Source of the DNA: the human T2T-CHM13v2.0 reference genome, Homo sapiens
Assembly (NCBI RefSeq): GCF_009914755.1
Contig: NC_060927.1
Reading direction: 5' to 3' (one strand)
Length of the DNA: 64,000 bases
Under the pieces are notes generated by a model. It made no database searches. It was given only the letters and a program-made list of their open reading frames with translations, and was not told the origin of the DNA. Made by a program: the position numbers and the translations under genes. This document shows positions 1 through 13,436 of the stretch, piece after piece; within the stretch, counting starts at the first letter, position 1; each line of letters starts with the position of its first letter.

Positions 1-166
1 CTACCGTCTATTTCTGTAAGATCAACTTTTCTAGATTCTACATATCAGTGACATTGTGCAGTATTTGTTTTTCTGTGCCTGGCTTATTTCACTGAACGCA
101 GTGTCTTCCAGGTTCATCCATGTGGCTGCAAATGACAGGATTTCCTTCTTTCTTGTGGCTGAATAG
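1..166 (-). mobile_element. L1 (L1MA/MB-type) fragment
   Basis: ctggcttatttcact...ccaggttcatccatgtggctgcaaatgacaggatttccttc is typical antisense L1 3' region. Confidence 0.85.
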
Positions 167-1030
167 ATTATCACCCTCATGTAGGCCTAGTTTTTTTGTT
201 TGTTTCTTTGTTTGTTTGTTTTTTTAGGCAGTGCTACTGATGCTCATTCCTTTATGAATTAATTTCTTTATTTGAACTTTTCTGGTTGGGAAAGGCAATA
301 TACATAGAAATCACTAATACCTGAGAAGAATTCATTTCCCTAATTGCTTCCTTTTATGGAAGAAGACAGACTGGGAAAGCTTTAAATTCTAAAGTTTAAG
401 TCTTTTAGGGCTTGACATGACATCACATACCCCTTTGGAATTAATAGGAAGACAAGTTGCCTTGATAATCCTAAGGTTATCATTTCTGCTGTGAAGCAGG
501 ACACCAGCAGCTAGCACCCTCTTAATTGTTGTATCAACTTAAGTGTATGTAACTCATTTCCTCTTATTCTGTCTAGAACAAAGAAAAACAATGTGACAAT
601 ATACCTGTTTTATGGGTCTAGAAACTGAGGAGCAAATAGGATTGTAAACATGAAAAGATCATTTTCAGGCACTTTCTTGTTCCAGGCAAGGAACATTCTT
701 GTACGGATTGAGATGTCTGAAAATCAAAACACTGAGTAATTTACCAAAGGTTATATTTCAAGTAGTGAGAGCTAGAACACACATTCTCAAGTACAGTGGT
801 ATTTTATTGCCACCAACTACTGTCTGATCTTCTCAAGATTCCTCAACTTTCTTATCTGCAAAATAAGGACAAAGATAAAAATATTTAACTCAAAATATAA
901 TTAGCATGATTCAACGGAATAATGTATAAAAATGATTAGTGGTGCTGTGTGTATATAAGATAATAATGCTAATAAGGTGGGCCCATAGTAATTTTTTAAT
1001 AACTATTCTCTTTTAATACAAAAATATATA

Positions 1031-1185
1031 CTGCAAGACTCACATGTTGGTTGGAAATTTCCCTCAAATCACCTACTGATTACCCTTGATTTCCCATTGT
1101 TTTTAGTTTCTCAAAACTAATGAAATGAAATATAGCAGAATGCTAACCCATATAAAAATAAAGTGTACCCAAATATTGTAATGTA
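1031..1185 (+). pseudogene. Candidate short retroposed mRNA 3' end (parent gene not identified)
   Basis: AATAAA at 1157-1162, A-run about 22 nt downstream, flanking direct repeat AAAAATATATA at 1020-1030 and 1186-1196. Confidence 0.5.
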
Positions 1186-3869
1186 AAAAATATATATATA
1201 TTCATATAGTAGAGCCAGAAGTGGAGTTCAAGCATGTTTAACCAAATAAGAGTTTTAATTTGCAGTTCAATCATGGGTTCAAACAGCCCATTTTTGGACC
1301 ACAACAACATATATGTCTAGCTTACTTTAATTACCTTACTTCAAAAAGTCTTGATGTTACAAGAAAATACCTGCTTTTTAACATCCAACTCCCTTCTACC
1401 AGCATGATCTTACTTCCTCCTTCTCCAGCCTGTATCCCATGGTCTTTTATTATAGTTAGATCCTTACAAACTATAACTCTCTTGTCCTTTTTATCTTCCA
1501 CTTTTCTTACTTAGCAAACCCAAACCTCTATAAATCCAGCTATCTGCATACCCTAGGCTTAAATACAAACTGGTAAACATAGCTGGATAAGAATTACTCA
1601 AGTATTATGACAGGTTTCATACAATGTGCATGACCATAAACCTCAGATTAACACACACCACAGCTCAGAAACCCTGCAGTCTGGCTCTAGTGAATTCCTT
1701 TGTTATATGCTTAGAGTTTCTCTCAAAGCACATTATGACTAAGGAGTGTGTGTATAGGGCTCCCATCCACAGGATTTCATGGCACATTCCATCTTCTACA
1801 CCACTCTAACCCACTGAAGTCCTAGAAAGGTATTTAGGTCAATTAAGCCACTAGACAATGTGAGCTGCTGATAATAAGGCAGAGCCAGACAGTTTTGTTT
1901 TGTTTTTTTTTTTAAAGTTAAGGTGGCTGCCTTCTTGTGTCTGTCACATCTAATTATTCAAAAGATTACTGCCAAGGTTGAGCCATGCTTTTAAGGGTCA
2001 ACCACTACATAATTACCAACTCCATCATTATGAATATGTACCTGTGGTTCCATCAGTGCCTGTGGGTCTATCACTACCACAGGTAGTAGCTAAATTTTGT
2101 AGCATTTGGTTTCATTCTCAGTAATTGGGAAAGTATCCTTTGAGGTTTTAGCAATTACCCAAAGCATATGCTGTTTTTCCAACAACATCAAATAGATTAT
2201 GTAGACTTTGTTACAAGAATTTTGATGCTGTTCTGTTACTTGCCCTCCCATAATTTTGAATTAAAGATGTAATCAGGCACTGAATAGAACTGTTGATATG
2301 CACTGTGCATGTCAATCCTCTCTGTGTTATGCATGAAGCAACTTTGTGTGTTTGTGTATATGGTCTGACTTCTTCCATAAAGTAATTCTTAGACTAGATT
2401 GAGGTTTTATATGAAAAATTTTATGAGAATATATTTTTTCTGGTTGCATGAGAGGATGTTCAGTCTGATTAAATTGTCCCAGAACATGAGGTTACTACTT
2501 AAGAGATTTACCGTAACCTTATGTAACTTCATTCATTATTGGTCTAATTTGCTAAAAAAGCTCTGCCTTTACTGACAAATGGAAATATTCAGGCTTAAGC
2601 CTTTTCTTGCGAAAAAAAAAGAGAGAGAGAGAGAGCGAGAAAGAAAAGAAGCTTTATTATCATTTTACATTCAAGGGCAATCTCTTTTTTTTACGTATGA
2701 AAGTAAGTGAGATCCATCTACTACTTTGAAAATGAAGAAAGTTGAGATCATTGACAATGAACATACTATAATTTTAAATTTAAATGTTTAATAGTTTACT
2801 TATTATAATTTATTTATAAGAATTACTGTCTTTAAACTACTATTGGCTTACTAGTTGTTGTTTTTTTGTCACATATAAAATGCTTTACTGGTTCCAGTTA
2901 GTATATTTATTCAACTGCCAATTAAAGATTATCCCTGTGTAAAAAAAAAATGAATAAAACAAACAACAAAAAAAATCATCCTGTAGCAGCTCAATTTGAG
3001 CAAAAAAAAATTTAATTATCTAACAACTATGTGGTTGAGATGTGGCTGGTGGGTTCATCTCATCATACAGTTCGAATATATAGCCAGCATCACCCATTTA
3101 GTCCCTGCAGTGGCTGAAAACCTGGCAAGGCTTTTTCTAACCTGCTTTTCTCCTTGAAGATATTTGCTTACATTGTCAATAGGCTAAGGGGGTTGTTTTG
3201 AAGCCTGGATTTTGAATTTCAACTGTCAAGCATAGTCTATTAATGTAGAAGGTTTTAAGTTTATAGTTTCCTCAATGAATGCATTTTAAAATGGTACAGA
3301 TAACTCTATATAATATCCTCCATATGAATTTAGTTTATATGCTAGCAAAATTTAAATGAGATTTAAAAAATATTCTGGTTGCTCTGAGGAGAAATCACTC
3401 AGGTAAATCTAGAAAAATAAAACAGTAAATTGCAATATGCATTCTGTTCATCTGCTTCAGTTGTGTACTTGCTTGAAACTAATTTGCTGGCTATGTTATC
3501 ACTTCCCTTTAAAATGGTCTTTACTGAGTAGAGAAAATATATCTGTAACTTTTTGTTAATTGGCGCATAAGTTTTAAACACAGAAGACTTCATCACGAAC
3601 ACATAATTTGGTAGTAAAATTTTTTTAGCATCAAATGTAACTACTTTATAAATTTCATGCTCAGCAAAACATTTGATTATTTGAATAAGTTTAAGGAAAA
3701 ACACTTTTTTAATGTTGTTTCTGACTATTGGACTAGTTTTTAAAACTGGTAGCTCATATCTGTCATAGCTTCTCCCAGTTTCTCAGGAACTTTACACGCT
3801 TGTGTACACCCTTTCCCTCTGAACTGGATCCTGGCCCCCATCATGCTCTTAAATGTCCCATTTAAGATA

Positions 3870-4825
3870 AAAAATAGATTTCCATAACTTTACCTTCCCC
3901 AACTCTTCTATCACCTTCTTCTTCCTTCCTCTTTTACACCCAAACTTTTTGTAAATAGCTATCTATAACTGCTGTTATGTCCCCACATCCTCATTTTCTA
4001 TGCATACCTTTCTCCTGAGGGTCTAATTCTATTTCAAGTTTCAGCCCTCCACGAAAATGATTCCTCCTAAGACCAACAATGGCCTGTATTTCTAATCCAA
4101 TGGGATTTCTGAGTTTTCATTTTCATGCCTTCTCTGGTGCATTCCAAGCTATTGATGATTTCTTCTTTGAAACACCTTGTTCCTGTAATCCAACACAGGG
4201 CACAATACTGGTTTCTTTCCTAATCCTGGGTTTCCTTTGCTGCTCACTCATCTACCTACACTTCCAATGCTGGAATTCCTTGAGCCTCCGGCATATGTTT
4301 CTGTACCAGCTCTCTTCTTCCTCTAAATGTTTCCATTCACAACCATGACTACCATTGTTATGTCTGTGTTAATAATGCTCAAATATATACCTCTAAATCA
4401 AAACACTTCACTCATGTCCAAACCTAAATTTCTCCTCAGAATGTCTCATAGTTTTTGCCTAAATTTATTATATCCCAATAAGTACCCCATCTTCTTTCAC
4501 AGACTTCTGTCTTTTCCATCTTCGCCATCTCTTTACTGGTTCCAGTTAGTATACTTTACTGGTTCCAGTTAGTATATTTATTCAACTGCCAGTTAAGGAT
4601 TATCCCTGTACGAAAATAAATACAATGAATAAAACAAACAACAAAAAAAAATCCTGTAGCAGCTCAATTTGAGCAAAAATATGCCATCTCAGTAAGTGGC
4701 ATATCCACCTTTGGTTGCTCAAGCCAGAAACCTAGAAAACATTTGTTCACCTTTGTTCTTTCGTTTAGTCTCCAAAGACATATACAATTTCTTCCCATTT
4801 TAAGTACCATGTCTAAAATGTTTCA
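3870..4825 (+). mobile_element. L2 element fragment, interrupted by a templated insertion
   Basis: Degenerate L2 motifs, e.g. ccatctc-agtaagtggc...gttgctcaagccagaaacctag. Confidence 0.7.
4531..4679 (+). repeat. Dispersed direct copy of 2883-3006
   Basis: ctttactggttccagttagtatatttattcaactgcc...ctgtagcagctcaatttgagcaaaaa is present at both loci. Confidence 0.95.
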
Positions 4826-4830
4826 AATGT

Positions 4831-5187
4831 TGATATGGTTTGGCTGTGTCCCCACCCAAATCTCAACTCCAGTTGTATCTCCCAGAATTTCCATGTGTTG
4901 TGGGAGGGAGTCAGGGGGAGGTAATTGAATCATGGGGGCTAGTCTTTACCATGCTATCCTCGTGATAGTTAATAAGTCTCACAAGATCTGATGGGTTTAT
5001 CAGGGGTTTCTGCTTTTGCTTCTTCCTCATTTTTCCTCTTGCCACCACCGTGTAAGAAGTGCCTTTTGCCTCCCACCATGATTCTGAGGCCTCCCCAGCC
5101 ATGTGGAACTGTTAAGTCCAATTAAACCTCTTTTTCTTTCCAGTTTCAGGTATGTCTTTATCAGCAGCATGAAAATGAACTAATACA
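4831..5187 (+). mobile_element. THE1 (probably THE1A) solo LTR, ERVL-MaLR
   Basis: tgatatggtttggctgtgtccccacccaaatctc...aactaataca; perfect 5-bp TSD AATGT. Confidence 0.93.
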
Positions 5188-5219
5188 AATGTATATGTAT
5201 TTTAGAAAAATTGAAAAGG

Positions 5220-6720
5220 AAAATTCCCTTTTATATTTACCCACATATTTACCTTTTCTAATGCTCTTCATTTTTTTCAGAAGTTTTGAGCTCATTTGGT
5301 ATTAATTCCCTTCAGTTTGAAGAACTAACTTTAGCATTTCTAGTAATATAGGTCTATCTGTACATATCTTTATTTTGCTTTCATTCTGTAAAATATTTTT
5401 TGTTGAATACATAATTCTAGCTGGATTGATATTTTTCTTTCAGTGCTTTAAAGATGTTGATTTATTGTCTTCTTGCCTCAATTGTTTCTGATTATTCTCT
5501 TCTATGTAATAGGTCAATTTTCTCTTGCCCATTTTAATATTTTCTGTCTTTGTTTTTTAGAAGTTTGACTATGCTGTGCCTAAGTTTGGCTTTGTTCTAC
5601 TTAAACTGCTTGGGATTTACTGAACTTCTTAAACCTGTAAATTTGTGTCTTTCACCACATTGGGGGAAATGTTGGCCATTATTTCTTCTGCCTCATTCTC
5701 TCTCTACTCTCATTCTTGCATTGAAGACATTTATATTACAACTTTTGGTATCAATGCTCAGCTTCCTGAAGCACTGATTTTTTTAATGTTTTTTCCACTT
5801 TTTATATGTAATATGTTTTATCTCTCTTGAAGTTTACTGATTCTTCAGTCATTTTATTCTGCTATTAAGTTCAAATATACAGTATTAGATATTTTAAATT
5901 TTACTCATAGACTTCCATTTGTTTCCTTTATTATAATTTCCATTTCTCAGTAATATATCTTCTGTATTAATTCATTATAAGCCATTTTTTCCCTTGATAT
6001 CATGAGACTAGCATGGTAAATATTTTAAAATAGTGTGAGCTAATTCTAACATCTGTGTCATCTTTGGATCATTCTCCCTTGATTTTTTCCCCTGAAAATT
6101 GCTCATATTTCTCTGTTTCTTCTACTATCTAGTAATTTTTTATCGTATCCTTGACATTTTCAATGTTATGTTACCACTTCTTGGGATTCTGTTAAATTCA
6201 TCTCAAGAGTGTTGAATTTTGTGTATTTGTTGTAACAGCCAATTAAGTTAGATTCAAGGCTGCTGTTCTTGTGCAGCAGCTTAAATTTTTGTTATGTTCT
6301 TTTAATCTTCTACAGGCTTCTTGGAGTCTGTTCATGCATATATGATTTGAGGTTCAGACAGAAATTTGGGGAGAGTTTATTTACAGAATTTTATGCATTG
6401 CCTCTATAGTTCTCTCCTCTCCAGGATTCCCCCTTACAAAATTTCTAGTAGCTGAGGCAGCCCCTCTCAAGTCAGAAAGTCAAGATTTTTTAACAGTGAT
6501 TTTAGTTATCTCCATGACTCCCAGTGCAGTCCATACACATACGCAAACACACACAGAAACTCACCAGTGCCATTCTCTTCTCCCAAGAATTGACAACCCT
6601 ATAATAGAATCTTCCACTGGTTATATTTCAGTGCTTTTGAGCAGTTGTTTCTTAAATTTTTTCATGTGTTATAGTTATCTGTGAGAGGATCAGTACAATA
6701 AGAGCTTTTCTAGTCATTAC
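5220..6720 (-). mobile_element. Old L1M fragments
   Basis: T-rich antisense L1-like sequence (agaagtttgactatgctgtgcctaag; cacattgggggaaatgttggccattatttctt). Confidence 0.65.
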
Positions 6721-8140
6721 TAAAGGTAAAAACTAAACTCTGCAAATATATTTTAGCCACTTTGTATACATTTATAATACTTAAAGAGATAATAAAAAGA
6801 AAAGGTTTTGGAGAAGAAATCTCAAGATTGTGATTTTTTTGGAAATAAATATTTTACGGGAGGCATGAATGATGATTTAGAGTTCTCTGAGCTTATAATA
6901 AATAACCTCAGATTGGTTTGGTTTTTAAGTTCTAGAATTAACATGTATAACTTTCCTAGTGCCACTTATCACCCTCCTATTTTATTGGTGTATCATCAAG
7001 CCAGTCACTGAACATTTACAGGTTTTTAAAAAGAATGTATTGTGTCTAGTCTATAACAGATTTAGGAAACGAGATAATAGAGCTTGATAGAAGTGTATCT
7101 AAAATAATAAGTATTTTCACAGTAAGATCACAGGAAACTTTTCTTTAAATAAAATTCATATTCTATCTGACTTCAAAATTTTCATTATGTTTGGTAAAAA
7201 CAAAATTAGAAAACATTTCTTGTAGTTTGTGTGTATGCAATATTTATGACTTATGGTAATTTTCTCTTCTAGTCATTCATGTTATTAATAGAAAAACCTT
7301 ACCAAAATGAGGCAAATATATACTACAGGATAAGGTCAGAAAGTATAACTATCTAAAACTGGTACTAACAAAAGTCAGCATGGTGAATGGAGATAGTTTA
7401 CTTTTTAGTTGATGAGTTTAAGAAACCTTCCTAAATATCATCAAAATAACTACTAAAATATCATACATAAAATACAATATTTAAATTGCTAATATTTTAA
7501 TGACATGAAAATGCTTGGAGCACAGCAGAAAGCAAATGGAACATACGAATTTCTGGCTTTTCACATTATTTTCTAGAAAGAGAGACAACGAGCTTCAGAC
7601 ATGCTTTTAGACCACTTGACAAAAATTATATGTATACAAACATTGCATATGAAGTCTGCTTTAGCTTGTTAACATTCTTTATAATGACCATCATATACTA
7701 TTTATTCTGCCTGCATGCCTTCATGCAACTTGCCAGTTCATTCGCATCTGCTTGTCAGTTTCATGATTTTTTGGAAAATTAGCTGTTGAGATTTTGAATT
7801 AAATAGCCATTCCCTATGAACTTACATGGTGTTTATCAGTCCCTTAAAATCCAATTACACATACTGTTTATGTCTGCAAAGCTTTGAACCATACGTTATA
7901 CTATGGGAATTCAATTTATTTGTGACCAGTCTACCACTCCCTACACACAAAGCACAAATCAAAATAGGTTAGCCTTTATTTATAGCATCTTTACATTCCT
8001 TAATTTCCATCCAAACAATCTGAATATACACATTTTGGCATAATCTGTTAACAAACAAATTAATGATGCCCCCCAAAAAACACACAGTTGAAATAAGAAT
8101 AATTTAAAAGTTTATTCATTCATTGTCCTCAAATTTATTT

Positions 8141-8405
<265 letters not shown>

Positions 8406-10130
8406 TTGCTGCTCTAGCTGGTGTTTTTTAAAGCTCTTGTTGCTGGAGTGTTTGTGTGTCAGGTGTGTATGTTTCTGAGTGTGGTGTGTTAATATTGTGA
8501 AGTCTGAAATATTTTCTAAGAGGTGGTTTGAGAATGAAACAGAATTCTGCACCTTTGACTCAACAGAAAATCATAGTGCTCAGATGCAAGTCCCTCCAAA
8601 GCATGGCTTCACCATGGCAGTCATCTGGAATTGTTGTAGGGACATGCTAGGCTAACATGTAGCAAAACAGATCTTGGGGTGAGAACTTATGTCTTCCCCA
8701 TCCATAGCAGAAAGCTAGACTTTAGTTTTTTTAAGCTGTTATTTGCTATTACTTTGAACTCCCTGTAAAATTTATGTAAAATTTCACATAAAAAGTATTT
8801 TCTGAGAACAATTTATCCATGTTGGGAAATGCTTACTAGAGATATAAGTACTATTGTTTGTTTTCCTGATCTTATAAAGTAATTCAGCAGAATTGCTTTC
8901 TAGGGGATTCTTTCCTTTGTTTCCACTCTAGTGGAAAGAAGGCACCAGAGAGTGAAATCCTGTTGTCTGATTGATGAGATTCTGTTCCGGCTGTGACAGT
9001 GCATAACTCCTCTCATTGCCCTATCTGTTGACCCCCAGAGAGGCTAAAAGTAGCACAACCTTGGGATATAAGAAGGTTTTTGTTTGGTTTTGTTTTTTTA
9101 CTAGCACTGTTTACAAAAATAGGAACCATCAGCAGCCTTAGGGTGAAAAGTGAAATGTATCTTTTACCCAGAAAGTTAAGGAAAAAATTGGTGGGGTCAG
9201 ATTGCTTAATGGGGCTAATAAAGCAAATGCCACTAGATTTGGCTCCTATATAAGACACATACAAATATTTTGTTTTCCCAAACCAAAAACTGAGTCCGTA
9301 ACTATAGACTATAATCAACTTTTAAATCTTACTCACTGATTGCAAGCAGAACCAGGGGAGACTTTGATTACTCACAGCTTAATGTTATTTGTCTTCCTAT
9401 ACTGGAAAACAACTGCAATTTCATTTTTCACTGATGGAATTGATGGCTTATTTTTTAAACTTCTGTTTTGAAGCATAGAACATATGTAGTGCTGATTATG
9501 GGTCACCAAGTTAAAAATGTAACATTAGGTATTGAAGGACTTAAAAATAAGTAAAATGAAGATTAAAGATGGTATGTCATTTTAAATCAGTAAGTTTTTC
9601 TTATCTTTTATAAGAAGACTAATTCTACAACAAGTCCATAAATACAGTTTTAAATGATATCCTTACAAAAAGGAACCAAACCGAGGAGATTTTGTTGGTT
9701 GAATTTCTCCACATATTACATTATGTGAATTAAGACAGAGTTAGGAATCAGAGGTTTTCTTTTTTGGAGGAAAAGAAATAAGTCTAATTTTTTTTAAAGT
9801 TATGTTTTTTCTTTATCTGTTACTTAGGTATTTCCTAATTTTTTCCTTATAAAATCATAAAGGTGTTATTTGAGCTATTTGGCCAATTCATTAAAGATAA
9901 ATAGTTTATATGTTTAATTTCAAAATGAGAATTACATTTATTCGCTTTTTCACTATTTACTGAATTATATCAGGTAATTTGAGAGTCAACAAAAGTATTA
10001 TTTAACAGATTTCGTAGCCGTAGACTAATTAACCCTAAAAAGAAAGTTTAATGGAAAACAAATGAACAAAAGAGCCAAGAAATATTATTTGAAAACTGAT
10101 CATTTTCCACTAATATTAATTCGTATTTTA

Positions 10131-10425
<295 letters not shown>

Positions 10426-11254
10426 CTTAATTCATATTTTAAAAGAAAAATTTCAAAAATCTCAAGTAAGAGCTTTTTTTGTTTCCAGAGAATATATTAG
10501 GAAAATTTGAATTATTATTTTTACTCTCATTATTTTAGTATAGTTTGTCCATTTCAGAACAAATAAATTATATAAAAACCACCAGACAATTCTGTTCATT
10601 TTGAATGATACCACATGTCTGAGACCAGGCCAGAACTGGAACACACCACACAAGAAGGGTAAGATTGAAGCTTATCCTATAGCTTTTGATAAAGTGTATT
10701 TATTCAGCCTATACTTTATATTAAAACACAACATCCATTAGAATTATGTTGTTCTATAAATGTTATATTAAAAAGCAATGTAATTTGCTAGTTAATTGTT
10801 TCAGGATTTGTGATTGAAATCACAAATTTCAGAATTTGTGGAGTCGTCTTTCTCTGTGAGTCACTAATTTTACAAGACAGCAATCTGAGGTGCTTTAGAA
10901 AAAAATCATACCCAAGAACATGTAAGTAGTCATGGCTACCTGAGGAGAAGGGAAGCCAGACTGGTTTTCATAGAAACAACTAAATTTCCCTTTGTCCCCA
11001 GCCAATTTCCCCCCTGATTCTCAATCTAAGGGGATTAGTAGAAAACCAACTAGATTATAAATGAGTAAATGAATTTAGATTTTGCCTAGGCTTTCATTTT
11101 TCAGAAAGATTTCTTTGACTTCCAACTTGGGGAAATTTACCTCTCATATATGCCTACTGCTGGAAGATAGCAGGCATCATGTATTATTTCTTTGTCTCTC
11201 TTCATTTATTACAATAAAGTAAATGAGGGGAGAAGCTATATCTTAGTCATCGTT

Positions 11255-11760
11255 TACTCATTTCTGTCCTATTTATTCATCAATAAATATTTGCAGAGTG
11301 CCTACTATGTGTTAGGCATTAAAGTGAGCTGTGGTAAAGAGAGGAAAGGGTGGGAGGACAGATACCAGATATCAGTAAAAGAAAGATATTAGGAGAACTT
11401 TGTGATTGATTAGATGTGGGTGGCTGAGAGTAGTAGCGAAACCCAGGGTGACTCCCAAGTGCCCAATTTTGTTGCTTGTATAGATGGTCAAATTAGTGAC
11501 CTAAAGAAAATGTACGGAGAAGCTTATGGAAGATAGGGTAAGAAAAATAAGAAAACAATTAGTTCTGTTTGTGCCTGTAAAATGTCTGTGAAACATCCAG
11601 GTGAAAAAGATTTGTGAGCAATTGCAAATGTGGGGCTAGATCATAGGAGTGTTGCCAAAGCTGGATATGCAGTCCTTAAAAGATCCCTCTAAAAAAGGAT
11701 GTGGTTGGTATAATCTAAACAACTGCAGTCAGAGAAAGAGAAGGATCATGCAGGAGATCA
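11255..11760 (-). mobile_element. L2 3' fragment
   Basis: attcatcaataaatatttgcagagtgcctactatgtgttaggcatt is the antisense L2 3' end. Confidence 0.65.
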
Positions 11761-13391
11761 AGATACCATGGAGATCAAACAAGGAATGTGTGTTATAGAA
11801 CACATGTAAACAGAAGTTGCATTGGGGTGAAAAGGGATGAGATGAACTACACCTAATAATGAACAATTTTTATCAGATTTATAGTTTGCTACGTATAGAA
11901 TACCAGAGCTTAACGTGCCTGGGATTATACAAAACCCAATTAAGTGACAAGTACTTTTTAACAACTTACCTGTTCTTAGACAAGTCTTTTATTGTCTCCT
12001 TCTCATGTTTTTTCTTTATTTGTAAAAATGAAGATATTTGATAAAATGATCAGAAAGCTGTCGCCTAACATTAATATATTACATACAGTATTAGAGGTAT
12101 AAAGGAAAGCGTTCTTGGTCAGAAGCAATTTCCTAACAAAAGTAGACAAATATAGCCATTGTATGTCAAATACATATTATATATAAGAAAATCAGCCATG
12201 TAAGGAAATACTGAAATAGTACAACTAGGAAAGTTACAAAGTAACTACTACCATTTTTGCTCTACTGGATGAATTACTTTTGTTACATATACTTTTTATA
12301 TATAATTTTAGTTATATATATATATTTATTTATATAAACTGGGAAATCAAATCAAGAATATCTATGATCCGGATATCTGTGATATTCCCTTTCACCAGCT
12401 ACATCTAAATGGCATGCTGCCATACCCAGGATTTTAAAGAAAAAAATGTTTAAATCTCAATAATTTAATTTCAGATGACTGAAAGGTCAGTGAATCAAAT
12501 TATTACTAGTCAATATTAATACATATGGTCATGGGAGGAAATAGTCTATTGATTGATTTCTACACACCTAATTGAAAAATATTTACCAAAACTCAAGCTT
12601 TCTGAGCCAAAGTCAATGTGGATGACTTTTGGAATGTCCTTGGTACCATGAAGATCTAAGGATATTAATACATAGTAATACGAGGGTCAGGCCAATCAAA
12701 GGAGACGACAGAAGAGGAATCATTAACATCCAAAGGCATTTTTACACTGTGATAATTATCCCCATTTGCTCAGGTTAATATGCTTTCAATGGAAACATGT
12801 GGAATAAACAGCTGTCATGGACATGTGCCACCAGAAGAAAAGCTCTTCTCAGCCAGAAAAACAACTGGGAAGTTAGTGAACCAGTACATGCTCATACCTT
12901 AGGAAAGCAAATACTTTTCACTGAGCCCATAGACAAAATTAAAGTCTGGAAGAATTCTTTTTTTTTGGTGGGGGATAGGAAATAATACAAATCTTGAAAA
13001 CATTCTAAAATATTCAGATAGGTTCCATAAATATTTGTTCAAAAATTAAAATAGAATAACCTTTTATTCATTGTTCAATTTTTATCTATCAAATCTCGAA
13101 TTATGAAAACAAACTACACTATGCTTTACATAAGGGAATAGAAATAAAAGTAGGCATAGTCTGGTAATACCAAATCTTGCATCCTTAATGCATCATGAAA
13201 AGATGCTTGTGGATGTTTTGTCCAAATGGCTGGCATCAACACCCACATACAAACTGCTCCTGCTCAAAAAAATGCCCTTGTTTTTCTCTGAGTACAGCAT
13301 TGATATACATTTGGAAGAAATCTTATTATAGTCCTGAAAGAAAGCTAGTAGATAATCTAGTTTATTTTTGAGATTCCAGACAGAACTACAT

Positions 13392-13436
13392 TGTGTGTGT
13401 GTGTGTGTGTGTGCGCGCACATCCACATGTGTGTGA
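13392..13436. repeat. (TG)n(CG)n microsatellite
   Basis: Direct inspection. Confidence 0.9.
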
